Below, in pieces: positions 25,535 through 37,660 of a stretch of 64,000 nt of DNA (its first letter is position 1; each line of letters starts with the position of its first letter). Origin of the DNA: Vicugna vicugna (lineage: Eukaryota); NCBI GenBank assembly GCA_013265495.1, contig MU058000.1, positions 2,852,001 through 2,916,000 on the forward strand, read 5' to 3'. The notes below the pieces were generated by a model that was not told where the DNA came from, did not search any database, and worked only from the letters and a program-made list of their open reading frames with translations. The position numbers and the translations under genes are program-made.

Positions 25535-25865
25535 ATGTGTATGGAAAAGATCTCATGCCCCAAACCAGTTTCTTCCGTCTTTGCCTCAGGACACAGCCAT
25601 ACTCTATTTTCCTCTTTCCCTTGTAGTTAGGTGATGCAGTCTGAATAGTTCTGGTCAGTGGAATGTTGGACACAATGAGGTGTACCATCTCTAGATAAAG
25701 CCTTTTAAGAGATAAATCACTCTGCTCTCTCGTCCTTTCCAACAACTTCTTGCAGATAATATTAAGGCCCTATGGGATATAATGGTCAAAAAGATTAAAT
25801 GAGATTGCTGAAAACACAGTGAGAGATCCATCTGCCATAAAGGGACACACGTTTGGACTTTTTGG
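25535..25865 (+). mobile_element. MaLR LTR (MLT1H-like) inserted in the L1
   Basis: TCCCTTGTAGTTAGGTGATGCAGTCTGAATAGTTCTGGTCAGTGGAATGT...GTGTACCATCTCTAG. Confidence 0.65.
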
Positions 25866-26099
25866 CACATTTTGTTAAATTTCAGTAAAACTTAAAACTA
25901 GATTTGTCTAGCTAAATGAATCTATCTTTCAAGAAAACAATAAACAAATGATGGTTACATAAGACAATATAATGTTTAAAATGGCTACTTAGAAAAAACA
26001 AAATATCAAAAAAACTATTGAGTAAGTTAGAAGTTAAGAATAAGAACTAATGCATTTTGATATTTTTTAAATTGTGAGGACAATACAAGCGATACTGTT

Positions 26100-26215
26100 T
26101 TTTGTTTAACAAATATTGAAAACTAATTTGTTCTAGACGCTGTTTCAGCATGAGGACATAATGTTTAATAATACGGGCAACGTACTTGCCTGCATGGAGC
26201 TGACATTCTACTTGT
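26100..26215 (-). mobile_element. LINE-2 3' end
   Basis: TTTAACAAATATTGAAAACTAATTTGTTCTAGACGCTGTT...CTTGCCTGCATGGAGCTGACATTCTA. Confidence 0.7.
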
Positions 26216-26339
26216 AAGCTAACATTTCTAAGGTGACCACTAAAATAACAGTGTCTACAGCTTCCTACTAACACAGGAACGATGCTGTGGATTGAAGTAA
26301 AAACCTTCAGCCATTTTAATCTATACAAAATAAGACAAA

Positions 26340-26700
26340 AAGGAGAAAAACAGAAAAAGCAAGGCAATTATGAAACAATAAGTAAGATGGACAAAATATT
26401 TCCAAAATATCAATAATCATAATAAATGTAAATGTATTAAATCTCCTGTTAAAAAACAAAAGATGTCAACGTGGATAAAATAAAACAATTTCAGATATAC
26501 GTTATTTAAAGGAAACACATAAACTATGTGGATCAAAAGGCTGAAAATAAAATGAGAGAAATATATACACACGAGTATGTGTATGTGCACATACATGTTA
26601 ACATGAACAAATAAAAATGATCACATGGCTATAATAATATCTGAAATGATTGATTTTAAGGCAAAGAAGTTTTACAAGAAATAAAGGGGGGGTCACTTTT
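26340..26700 (+). mobile_element. Ancient L1 ORF2 N-terminus (endonuclease) remnant
   Basis: ATATCAATAATCATAATAAATGTAAATGTATTAAATCTCC translates to ISIIIINVNVLN, compare L1 EN ISIxTLNVNGLN; downstream AAGGAAACACA (QETH-like) and GATTTTAAGGCAAAG (DFKAK). Confidence 0.75.
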
Positions 26701-26969
26701 TATGTCTCTATGATTTTCCCAAAGGACCAATAAATGTTAGATGGTAGTAAGAGAATTTCCATCTTTTTCTACAGACCTCCCATTGAAAATGGATACAGTA
26801 CAGTAGATTTGAAGGTTCACACTCTCAAAGTGATAGGGAAATTATAAATTTATCTGATAAGCAATAATTCATGTCAGTATACTTGTTTCATAGCAAGTAC
26901 CCATACTATTGTTATTTCACTGTAAAATCTATTTCCCATTTGTGCAGATATTTATTTTAAGATACTACA

Positions 26970-27150
26970 ATCAGGTAGAGCTAAGCTTGAATTTCTACTT
27001 CAACTAGTTTAGAGACAATTATCATATCATTTAAGCATTCTAAGCCTCCATGTTCTTATCTTTAAAATGGGAGTAACCTAGTCAATATTAATTGAATATG
27101 AATAAGATAATATATGAAAACAGTGTAATATTGCCTCACACAGGGGAAAA
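26970..27150 (+). mobile_element. MIR SINE
   Basis: TTTAAGCATTCTAAGCCTCCATGTTCTTATCTTTAAAATGGGAGTAA...AAGATAATATATGAAAACAGTG. Confidence 0.7.
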
Positions 27151-29039
27151 AAAGAACATTAGCTAATTTTACAATTTTATTTACACTTTTTTTTTACTTT
27201 GTGGGGTTGCATTTCTTAAAACAAAATATCCAGATAATTTCAAAATAAATTATCCAGGAAAGTAAAGATTGGAAACATCTAAACATTAAGATTGGTCTAA
27301 AGTAAGGCTTTCTTTTTAAAGAAAAATCAAATTTAAAATATCATTGTAAAAACTGAGGAATAAAAACCTATATTGATTGCCACAGCACATCTAGACCAAC
27401 ATGCTGATGATTATTTTTCTTTATTCACCCACTCAACACAAATTTGTTGCAATCAGCTCTCTGCCCTTAGGATACAAAGGTGATTGTTCAGACTTAACAA
27501 ATTTTCTGCCTGCAAACCATTTATATTCTAGTGAGGTGCTAGACAACATAGCAAATAAAGAGTCAAAAATTATTAAAGAGAAACATTTCTTTTTAGTAGA
27601 TGGGTAGGCTTGCTCCGAACATACTTCTTACAAGACAAAAATATATCTATGTTTGGCAATGGAATTACCACCCACTCATACATCTATTCTCTCTAAAAGC
27701 AGAGTCTAGGTCAGTCTCAGAGTATCTCCAGTCTCTGGTATAATCTCTGCCCCTTATTACATAATCACATTTGTTATATATGTAAATAATTCAACACATT
27801 TTATTTGCTGGGGTTTGTTTTCAGTTATATTGCTTCATTATGTTTTCAGTTCACACTGTTTGAAATACACCACAAAACTTGTATTATGGTTACTGAGTGA
27901 AGACTTTATGGGAAATAAGTTATGGAATCACAAAAGCCCACCTAAACAGAGTGGGAATGGAGCCGAGACTTTACAATGCATCTAAACACGAGTGGTAACT
28001 CTTCAAATTTAAATACCGCATACTTGAACACAGACTTAAAATCAAAGACTGTAAAGATACGTGACTAATTTGGAATTCACCTTTGACACATTATGGATGA
28101 GGTTGAGAATCCAAAGTTCTGTACATTCTGAGTATATTGACCCTTCCTTTTATTCAGTTATTACTTAATTACTATCCAGAAGTTCTTACTGTACTCTGAT
28201 ATCATTTGACGTTTTGTTACAGATTTACTAACACGTTCTTTAAATATGGGAATAATTACACATGTTTGACAGCATTCTAATTCTTTAGTAATGATCATGT
28301 GTTTTGACAGTTTATTATGGCACTACGACATGAAACTTCTCCTCTACTGATATAAAAGTTTTAGTAAGTTAAGTGGTTATCATAAGATTGAATAAACCTG
28401 GTTCAGTAGGAAATGTAATGTCAGGATTAAAATATAGCATTTATATTTCAGTGCCTTCAAAACTGCTGAACTATTTTAGATGCTCCTTAAATAATAAAAA
28501 CACAAGCATGCTATTCACAGAGCACTTTTCTTTCATATACAATATTCTCACTGTAGCAAATAAATTGTTACCAGTATTTTTCTGCATTATTTTCTGACAA
28601 TCTAAATCATCAAAATAGTGTTCTTGAAAGAACTGTGTGATGTCCAGAGAGCCTTATGAAACTCTTTGTGTCTGATTTAAGCACTCTTGAACAATAAGAA
28701 TATGCATGAAAACCACTTTCCCTTTGTGTTTTGGTTTGGATCTCTAAACTCATGAATTTCAAGTGAGCTGAAATTCGCCCAGATAACACCATGGCTAGTT
28801 AACGCAACTCTCATTCACCTTGGGAAGTAAAGTAACATTTTTGCATGTTCCTAAGAATATCTGCCTCCATAAAAAAAGAAAAAAACAAAAAAATCCTTCA
28901 TCTCTACCCACAATAAACAGCTCTGATGGATGTCTGTACTTGAACCTGAATACCTACGTGATTTATTGTCTTTCAGTCCTAAGAAAAAGCATCTTACAAA
29001 GGAGCAGGTGCAGGGACTTTGGAAAGCAATACCCAAATC

Positions 29040-29360
29040 TGCAAAAACGGCTAAAGCCACCGCCATTTCCCGTTAATTTGGCGGTCTGTATGTTGTACAA
29101 CAATTTAAAATAATGAGCAATATTTATTTCACTGTCAGTCATATTGATCTGCCTGTAAAGAAGTCAAATGTAATGTTCTTTGGGCAATAATTAAGTTCAC
29201 TTAAGAAAGAGAAGCACTGACATCTGGCCAATAAACATTAAACAGGTAAGTTATAGGAGTCTAATGAACACCAACATCAGTTTATCATAAATCAAATGAA
29301 AGAGTATTAAATCAGCACGTCTCTGCTGATTATTTGGCATGTTAATGGTGAGTCATATTT
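29040..29360. promoter_or_regulatory. Candidate conserved non-coding element / enhancer
   Basis: No repeat recognised, locally CpG-retaining, with clustered motifs: CCGCCATTT (YY1-like), TGACTGACAG (PBX/MEIS-like, - strand), TAATTAA, CATCTG, CCAATAAA, TGATTTATGA (PBX-HOX, - strand), TGAGTCA. Motif evidence only. Confidence 0.3.
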
Positions 29361-30384
29361 TTGAGATTGGAGAGGCATACTCTCAGTATGAAAAAGTACA
29401 AGGCAGAACTAAATAACAAAGGAGGAAATTTGAAATCGGAAGTAATCATTGATCCCCTGGATTTACTTGGTGAATTATTAACCATCTATTAATTCACTCT
29501 GCTACTTGTCCCCTACTCTAAAACATGCTGAGAGAATCTTTTACTTGGAAAAATATTTTTCCTAAGAAGATTTTCCCACTGAGTGTAGAAGGAAAAAGAG
29601 AACTGCTCATTAATTATGAAGTCTTAGTTGCAGGGCGCTATGATCCTGGAGTATACAATTCTATTCCTGGATAATTTTTCTCTGTTTTTTATTTCTCCCT
29701 CAAGCCCACAAAATGGGTTTAGCAAGAATGAATGAATGAATCCGTGTCTAAACAAGGCATTTATGTGCACGTGTAAAAAGGAGTATTGAAGAAATTATCT
29801 AAACACTGACAAAGGAAAAAAAAATCATTCCTCACTTTTTCTGTATGATCTGGAGACTTCATGCATAATAAGATTGGGAATAATCTCAGAACCCTCATAA
29901 ATCCCTTTTTAATGCATTGTGCATAGAGCTGAGCGGGGCATGGCCAGCTCCGGGAAAAATGAGGATAACGGCTAAGACAAAGGTGATGAGGTGACGGTCG
30001 AAGATGATGAAGGCAAAAATGAATTGCTGACTATATTTTTTAACCTAAATGAAAAATTTTAAGTAAAATCTTTACTTAAAAACTTTGAAAAGTGATTTTC
30101 TGAAAAAGTAAAACTCTGCTGTAAGCATGTAATTTTTAAGCTAAATTCCTTTCTAGTAAATGCATGGACATTTTGCTGCAGTTTGTGGAGTGAACCATAG
30201 CATGCATCAGAGTCAAGGAAAAGTTAAGGACTAAACTGTTGAAACTCTGAAAGTATTTGACCCAGAAACAATAGAAACTTAACCTTAGAAGTATTGAATT
30301 TGTAGGTTTCATGGGTGAAACGGAGCAGAATTTGCTAGTTACGGAATATTTCCCAACAGAGTACTGAATGAGCTAAAAATACTA

Positions 30385-30503
30385 TTACTTAACATTTTTT
30401 ATAATGCATTATAGTTACAAATCAATTTCACACACGTTATTTCATTGATACAGTATCACAGTTAGGTGGTTTTATTATTCCCATTTTAAAGATGGGAGAA
30501 ACT
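30385..30503 (-). mobile_element. MIR, interrupted by an L1 tail and resuming at ~30761
   Basis: TTATTATTCCCATTTTAAAGATGGGAGAAACTG ... after the insertion, AAGATAGGAAAACCTGAGGC. Confidence 0.7.
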
Positions 30504-30762
30504 GGGGGCGGGGGGGTGGGAAGGGACAGACTGGGATTTCAAAATGTAGAATAGATAAACAAGATAATACTATATAACACAGGGAACTATATACAAGATC
30601 TTATGGTAGCTCACAGAGAAAAATATGTGACAAGGTATATATATATCTATATATATGTGTGTGTGTGTGTGTGTTCAGGTATAACTGAAAAATTGTGCTC
30701 TATACTGGAATTTGACACAACATTGTAAAATGACTATAACTCAATAAAAAATGTTAAAAAAA
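30504..30762 (+). mobile_element. 5'-truncated L1 3' UTR (camelid-type) inserted in MIR
   Basis: G-tract, ATAGATAAACAAG...CACAGGGAACTATATACAAGATCTT, (TA)(TG)n, ATAACTGAAAAATTGTGCTCTATACTGGAATTTGACACAACATTGTAAAATGACTATAACTCAATAAAAAATGTTAAAAAAA; decayed TSD AAAGATGGGAGAAACTG/AAAGATAGGAAAACCTG. Confidence 0.85.
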
Positions 30763-31169
30763 GATAGGAAAACCTGAGGCTTTTTCATTTTAGTTACAAA
30801 ATGTTAGTGGGGCAATTTGAAGATACTTGGTCTAGATTTTTTTCTTTTCAGTATGTGGTAAATCTACATAATACTCTACTCTGCTTCTACAGAAGCACTC
30901 ATGATGTAGAAGCACAAGTAAAATTATATTTATAAGACTATATCCTTATCCATCTTCACTATAAACTAGCTATCTCCTTTTGGACTCTAGATTTCAATCT
31001 TTTTTTTTTTTTCAGAAAATTCAGGAATGACATATCTACATAAGAAAGATTTCAATTATATCGGATAGCATAAGATCTGTGAGCAAGTATTGCATATTTT
31101 AGAGTGACTTATAATGTTAAAATACATTTGTGAAATTTTTGTAAGAAGAATAAGAGCACATGGATTCCC

Positions 31170-31490
31170 CCAACACGCTGATCAGACCATCAGGACGAAT
31201 CCTGTCATTCCTTCTGTCTCTCTTCATCTCTGTGGCTCTCGGGAGTCTAACCCCTCAGTCTAAACCCCTCATCTCTTTTCATCTGGTTTCCTCTCCATCT
31301 GATGATCAATAGAGTATATTAATCCCACCCAATCTATAGCCTGCTCAAAGCTTTCCACAGTACTCTCAACAACTTTATGATGAACAGACGCAGCTACATG
31401 ACAACTTCTCAGAAGGTTCCCTCCACTCCTTTGACTTCAACTGCAATTTGGCTGTATCCTGGACACACTTCCCTTGTAGGCCTCTGTTCT
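31170..31490 (+). mobile_element. Probable LINE-2 remnant
   Basis: Pyrimidine-rich tract with CCTGCTCAAAGCTTTCCACAG, compare L2 cctgctcaaaacccttcaatgg. Confidence 0.45.
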
Positions 31491-31499
31491 TTATTTGTT

Positions 31500-32040
31500 T
31501 TTAAATAGGTTTTATTTTTTAGAGAAGTTTCAGGTTCATAGCAAAGTTGAGCAGAAAGTACAGAGATATTCAATATCTTTTATAGTAACCTATAATGAAA
31601 AAGAATATGAAAATGACTATATGCATGTATATGTATGACTGAAGCATTATGTTGTACACCCGAAATTGACACAACATTGCAAACTGACTATACTTCCGTA
31701 AAAAAAAGAAAGTGCAAGTACAGAGGTCTCATATACCCCCTACCCCTACTCATACATAGCCTCCCCCATTATCAATATTTCTTACCAAGTGGTGCACTTT
31801 TTACAACTGATAAACCTGCAGCAATGCATTATCATCACCCATTATTTTGGGGTCCACTCTTGGTGTTTTAGACTCTATGAGTTTGGACAAGTGTATGATG
31901 ACATGCATCCACAATTGGAGCATTCTATAGAATCATGTCACTACCCTAAATATCCTTTGTGCCCCACTAATCATACCTCCCTTCATCACAACCCTTGGCA
32001 ATCACTGATCATTTTTACTGTCTCCATACTTTTGCCCTTT
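31500..32040 (-). mobile_element. Old L1 3' end (L1MC-like), interrupted
   Basis: TTTAGAGAAGTTTCAGGTTCATAGCAAAGTTGAGCAGAAAGTACAGAG...TCTCATATACCCCC...TGAGTTTGGACAAGTGTATGATGACATG...CAACCCTTGGCAATCACTGATC. Confidence 0.8.
31566..31715 (+). mobile_element. Younger L1 3' tail nested in the L1MC-like element, with 10-bp TSD
   Basis: TGACTGAAGCATTATGTTGTACACCCGAAATTGACACAACATTGCAAACTGACTATACTTC plus A-tail; AAGTACAGAG at 31556-31565 and 31716-31725. Confidence 0.85.
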
Positions 32041-32540
32041 TCTTTGGCTTGTTTTTTTAATTTTTCATTCTGTCAGATTATCCTTAACTAAGGGACAGGT
32101 GACTGAAGATGGAACTTTTAATTACCATATCATTTTCTTTCAGGCCTTGTTTGTAGAAAAAAAAGGTTAAAAAAAGCCACAAGTGACATACATATAGGTA
32201 TCAACGGTGCTCCATTGGATCTCCCATCATGAACTCTAACTGGCATCTACTCTGCCCTCCCCATGGTCCTGCCAATCCTCCTGACATTCACTGTAAACTA
32301 GAGATCTTGTTCAGAGTATCTTAGTTCAACCTTTCTCCTACCTTCATTCGCAGTGAGGTATAAACAACCAATATCCTGCTCTCACAGATCTGCTTATATC
32401 TTTTTCACCCTATACTCCAAAACCACACGAATCTCCAAGATAACAACGTCAAGCATCCCATTCTTCACCTACATCTCCTTTCCTTTTAATTCATTGGCTG
32501 TACTACCCTCTCTTCTATGATTCCTCTATGTTATCTAGAC

Positions 32541-32740
32541 CAGAGGTGGGCAAAGATTTTCTTTAAAAGGCCACTTAGTAAATATTTTAATCTTTGTAGG
32601 CTAACAGTTTCTATCACAATTACTCAACTCAGTCATTGTCATATGAAAGCATGCATATATTTATTACATATAGATAAAAATGAGAGTGCTGTGTGACTTG
32701 CACTTCATGTTTATAAAACTCAACCTGGGGCCCAGTCACT
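32541..32740. mobile_element. hAT-Charlie MITE, MER58A-like
   Basis: CAGAGGTGGGCAAAGATTTTCTTTAAAAGGCCACTTAGTAAATATTTTA...TACTCAACTC.GTCATTGT. Confidence 0.75.
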
Positions 32741-33013
32741 TATTAATATCTGATTTATCAGTAGCAATGAACATTGTCTCCAGGGTAGGTAGTAAAAGTT
32801 AGTTGAGTTTGACTGTGGATGGCCATAAGCAAGAATGACAAAAAGGCCAGGTCACAGGAGCTGAGAATGTTAACTTAAAAAAAAAAAATGATCATAGTAA
32901 TGGATCATGGAATCTAAAGGGTACAAAAACTAGTGTGTGAGTCAATAAAATGAAGTGGGTTTTATGTTACAGAGACTTTATTTCCAGAACCAAAAATAGA
33001 GCTTTATAGTTTC

Positions 33014-33320
33014 TCAATCAGTTGGAAGCCCTTTAAAGGAGGGCTGAGACCTTCCAGGCTGGCCTAGTAGAAGCAATGTGTCATGAGTTCCATAGCTGCA
33101 AAGAGCAGGAGAGTTCTGCCAACAGCTATATGAGCTTGGAAGAGCACCTGGAGCTTCAGAGGACACTGCCCCTCAGTCAGCACCTTGACTGCAGCCTTGT
33201 GAAGCCCTGAGCAGAGGAACCAGCTGAGCAGGGCAGCCACTCCTGATCCATTGGAACTAAGACGTAATAAAAGCATGTTGTTTTATGTGCAATGTGCCAC
33301 ATGGCAGAAAACCGAATGTA
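33014..33320 (+). mobile_element. MaLR LTR (MLT1E/F-like)
   Basis: TTCTGCCAACAGCTATATGAGCTTGGAAGAG...CACCTTGACTGCAGCCTTGTGAAGCCCTGAGCAGAGGAACCAGCTGAG...ACTCCTGATCCA. Confidence 0.8.
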
Positions 33321-33679
33321 CCTGTCAATGCTTCCATAATAAGCTCTATTACCTAAGATATTATTTGAATTCTCTTTTCTGTCTTTGTAACTGTACATCC
33401 CCTCCTCACCCTCATCCAGTGTCACCTCATAGTTTAATGAGAAAAAAGGGACATTGACAGAGATACACTATCACTATTTACTACCAAAGAGTTGATAATT
33501 CCACCTATTTGAAGACTTCTAATTCTCTTTTAAAATGTAGCAACTGTCCCTCTTCTAATGAAAACCCAATTAGTGTTCTGCTTGGGCTTTCTTATCCTTA
33601 TCATTAGTTATCATTCTTCTCTTCTAGGTCCTTAGTTTCTTCTTCGTCATTTAACCACGTTCACATATCTCTGATTCAA

Positions 33680-33710
33680 ATATGTATGTATATGTGTGTG
33701 TATAGACACA

Positions 33711-33747
<37 letters not shown>

Positions 33748-33862
33748 CCACATGCATTAATATATATGCACACACATTCATTATATTATCCATATAAACA
33801 TAAATGTGCATGTAGATATATATTAATACATATACTGTCTAATAGATTAAATATATATATAT
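33680..33862. repeat. (TA)n-rich low-complexity microsatellite
   Basis: Pure (TA)n at ~33714-33742 within TATG/CATA-rich sequence. Confidence 0.85.
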
Positions 33863-33869
33863 TTCTCAA

Positions 33870-34780
33870 AGAAATGTCTACATCCACAGTCTCCACTTTC
33901 ACCAACTGTCTTCTATTGTGCATTTGACACCCACTCAACTAAAATTTCTCTAGACCAGGTTGCTAAGGATTTTACTCTAACTAAAATCAGTGGGAAATGT
34001 TGTGACATCATCTTCTTTTACCTCTTGGAAGCATTTGGCAATAATGACTACACTTCCTCCTCTACCTTCCTGTTACCAATTCTTAAAAGAGTCTCTTCTT
34101 TTGGGGTCTCATGACGCCACGTATCCTGGGTTTAGTGGACTTCATTAGCTTGTGTTCATTTGTTAGCTCTTTCCTCTGTGCCCAGCTGCTAGGTTTGGGA
34201 GTGTCTCTGAGCTCAGTTTTAGGTCCTCTCTTCTGTCCTCCCTTCACTTTGTCCTGGATGGTCTCATCCATTCTTATGACTTTACTTACCACCGCAAAAT
34301 TCCCAAAGCATCCTCAGCCCTGATGTTACATTTAAGATTCACACTCATCTCTCTCAAGCTTTTTGATATCTATACTTGTCTGACTCCTAGATATCTCAAA
34401 ATTATCCTGCCAGAATTGACAGCCTTAATATATCTTTTACATACACATCCTCCAAACACTAGAAACAACTGTAAAAACAGTTGTCTGACCCCCTCAAGTT
34501 TTCCACATCAGAATAAATGGCAACTGCCAGGTTATTAAAGACACACACACAAAAACAAAACAAAATTAAATTAATTGAATTAAAATTTTAAAGTCATTTA
34601 TATTAAAATAAATAACAGTGACTGTATTTATGATGCTCCTCTTTCTTCAAATTCCTTCCTGTTCACCTCAAAGTAAATCTCGTATCTATCCAATTTCACT
34701 CATCACTGCCACCATGCTATGATAGCATCTTCACATACAACCTAGACTGAGTTTCCTATTCCCACCTTTGGCTACCCAGC
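33870..34780 (+). mobile_element. LINE-2 ORF2 (RT) remnant
   Basis: GGAGTGTCTCTGAGCTCAGTTTTAGGTCCTCTCTTC translates to GVSLSSVLGPLF, compare RT GVPQGSVLGPLLF; upstream CTCTTGGAAGCATTTGGCAATAATGAC resembles DLSAAFDTVD. Confidence 0.8.
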
Positions 34781-36874
34781 ATTATATTGCTGGCATATAT
34801 TATTTGTGAAAATAAATTCTGACCTATAACAATAATCTGTATTCCAATATTTTCCTTTGTTTCGCCAAATACACACTCATGAGACTATAAAACTCAATAA
34901 AAATAAAGCCACTGTCACTATAAAATCCACTCAGTAGCCATATAATGAAAACATAAATCCGTAAAATGACGCAGTTGTGTTGCTCATTGACACAAATTAC
35001 CTTTTCTCTTCTCCATAATAACCTCAGTGTGCTAATCATTTTATTTTTGCTATGTGAAGCATTAAGAAATTAACTCGTTTGTAAATTACAGAGGCACAGG
35101 AAGGCCTCTGTCTCTTAGACCCAGGATGTGCTCGCTGAAACTAAAAGAGGTTCTAAGAGCAATGTCCATGGCATCAGTTTCGTAAACGTAGTTGAAATAA
35201 AACACTTACATTGGCAATATGTATCTGTAAAATTACTGAAGACTTCTTCGGAAATATAAATAAAAAATGCATACTGTACAATAAAAAATAAACTCCATTT
35301 TCCCAACTGAAGACTGAAATATACTCAGAGATGGATCCAAATCAAAACTATAAAGCGAATAACTCATAATCTCTATCGACTTTCTGTAACGTGTCATCCC
35401 TTGTACATATACTCATACTGTTTTTCCTGCATGCAATGTATGCCTTGAATATCTCCCCTCTCAGAGTCTGTTTGCTCTAGTCTACCCTGGCCTGGGATCG
35501 TTCCAGACCGCTTACTCCAATACAGATTGAAACTAGTGTGTGTGCCTCTCTCTGTGTGCATGTGTGTAAATTTATGTTCCATTAATTCCAGATCGGACAG
35601 TTGAGATTTTCAAATAAGCTACTTTACCAGGGGAATCACTTTGATGATAACAGTTGTAAGGTATTTAAAATGATAGAATGGCTCTAGAGGTGACAGATAG
35701 AAACTTGTCAGTCATAACGATTCCCGTGAACAGAGTTTTAAAGAAGTTCTCTATGACCTTTCTAAATGTCTGGAATGTTGGTTATGGGTACAGTCATTTC
35801 TACTGAGGCGCAGTCATTGATTTTTCAAGTATTCTGTTATGCTAATGTGATACGTTTCTTGTTCTCTAAAGTTATTCTAAGAAGCACTTGAAACAACGAT
35901 GAGGAAAATCAGTCCTCTTTCAAGTACCCAGAATGGGAACTTAGAGAAAGATAGGGAAGGTAAAGGGTTCATGATTTTATGATAAAAGAAGCTATACTCT
36001 CCATCAGAACTTGAGAGAAATTCATTCCTGAAAGCAAATGATAATGAGATCTCGGGCTCAAAATCTGTAAGTTAAAAAGGCAATTAGCTTGTCTATCTTA
36101 CTCACCTACAGGGGCAAAAACAATTCAGTTCTCACTGTTAAAATGGATTGCAGTCATATTGGATTTGAAAACCTGACTTTTTAAATATTTATGAATATAT
36201 AAACTCTACATAAGAGTAGAAAAGAGGGCACATATAATTTAGAAAACTTTCATTCAGCTGAATGACTCCATCGTAGAATTTTTATTTCATTTGAAACACA
36301 GGTTGAGATATAATATTTACTATCTGTTACAAAAAGGTAATAAAATACAAACATCTAAAATGAAAAAGTTATAGTGTATCATTATTTTTTTAATGGAACA
36401 TCAGAGTAATTTATTAAGATTTATACTTTATTAGAAAATTCCAAATTAGAAACGCTTTTAGAGAAAAGTGCTTTGTATTATGTATTCTTAAAGCCATTCT
36501 GACTGTAATATAGACAGCAGTGTTCTCACACAGATCAGTATGTTTTGCTATGTGAACTCAAAGCCAACCACAGGGGGAACATGATTTATTTAATGTTAAT
36601 GAAAATATTCATACTCGGATAAACATGTTAGTCAAGTACAAGAGTTCATATGCTAGTCTACTTTAAAAACCATTTCACCGCGGGAGTACTGATGCAAAGC
36701 TCTGTTACTGATAGGCCAAAAAATGCAAGTCAGCCATATTCATCTTAATAATGCCTGATCTCATGTTTTTATTACATAAAATAGCCATCATGTTTTGAGG
36801 ATGATGCTTGGATATTTTGTTGAAATCATATTAATCATCCAAATATCTCCAAATATCTAAAAATCAGTCCAGAC

Positions 36875-37050
36875 CAAGGGTCAACAAACATTTCCTACAA
36901 AGGGCCAACTAGTAAATATTTTCCATATTGTAAGGCCATGTGATTTCTGCTGCAACTGTAAATTCTGCCACTGTTGTGAAAACAGTATTGACAATATACA
37001 AAAAAAAGAACAACTGTGTTCTGATACAATTTTATTCACAAAAACAAGTA
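36875..37050. mobile_element. hAT-Charlie MITE, MER58A-like
   Basis: CAAGGGTCAACAAACATTTCCTACAAAGGGCCAACTAGTAAATATTTT...TCTGCCACTGTTGTGAAAACAG...TTTATTCACAAAAACAAG. Confidence 0.8.
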
Positions 37051-37569
37051 GTAACGTAATCTTGTTCTAGGCTACTACTCATTATTCTTGAAATACATAT
37101 GCTTGCTGGGTTGGAAAAGAAGGAAGTTGTATAATCAAACCACAGCCTAAGCTGCCTCCTTGATTTCTGGATATAAGAAGAAATAGAAGAGAAATTAACA
37201 AATGATAAAATACATGTGTTTATTAGAAGCTAACTGTCCAGTTATTCCCATCCAAAGATTGCTTACTTGAGTTCATCCTCATGTTGGATTGACTAGCTAG
37301 ACTGATAGAGCTCAGGACTTAGAGTGGCATGTAGATACTGAGTTCAATTTTTGGACATTTCTAAATAGTAAACACTTTTCACGTATGTTGTGTTTGGAAG
37401 CTATTTGTAGTAACTGACTGTAGATTTAGTACAAAATTGCTTAAGATGCTTTACTTGCTTAAGTAATGTAGATGCTAATTTTAAGTATTTAGCATCTTTA
37501 AAATTAAGGGCATATATTTATCAGATAAATATTTTAGGCATATTTTTTGAAATAAAGTTCTCATTACCT

Positions 37570-37660
37570 AAAAACTGTTTATTGAACATTTATTATGTGT
37601 CACACCCAGTGCTAGGCATCAAGGGAAGAAAAATGTCCTAGGAACTCATTATCTAAGCTG
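37570..37660 (-). mobile_element. LINE-2 3' end fragment
   Basis: TGTTTATTGAACATTTATTATGTGTCACACCCAGTGCTAGGCA. Confidence 0.6.

Noticed and set aside
29850..30020. CpG/GC-richer stretch with acidic codon-like runs (GATGATGAA)
   Set aside because: No sustained ORF or splice context; more likely a highly decayed MIR or simple repeat.
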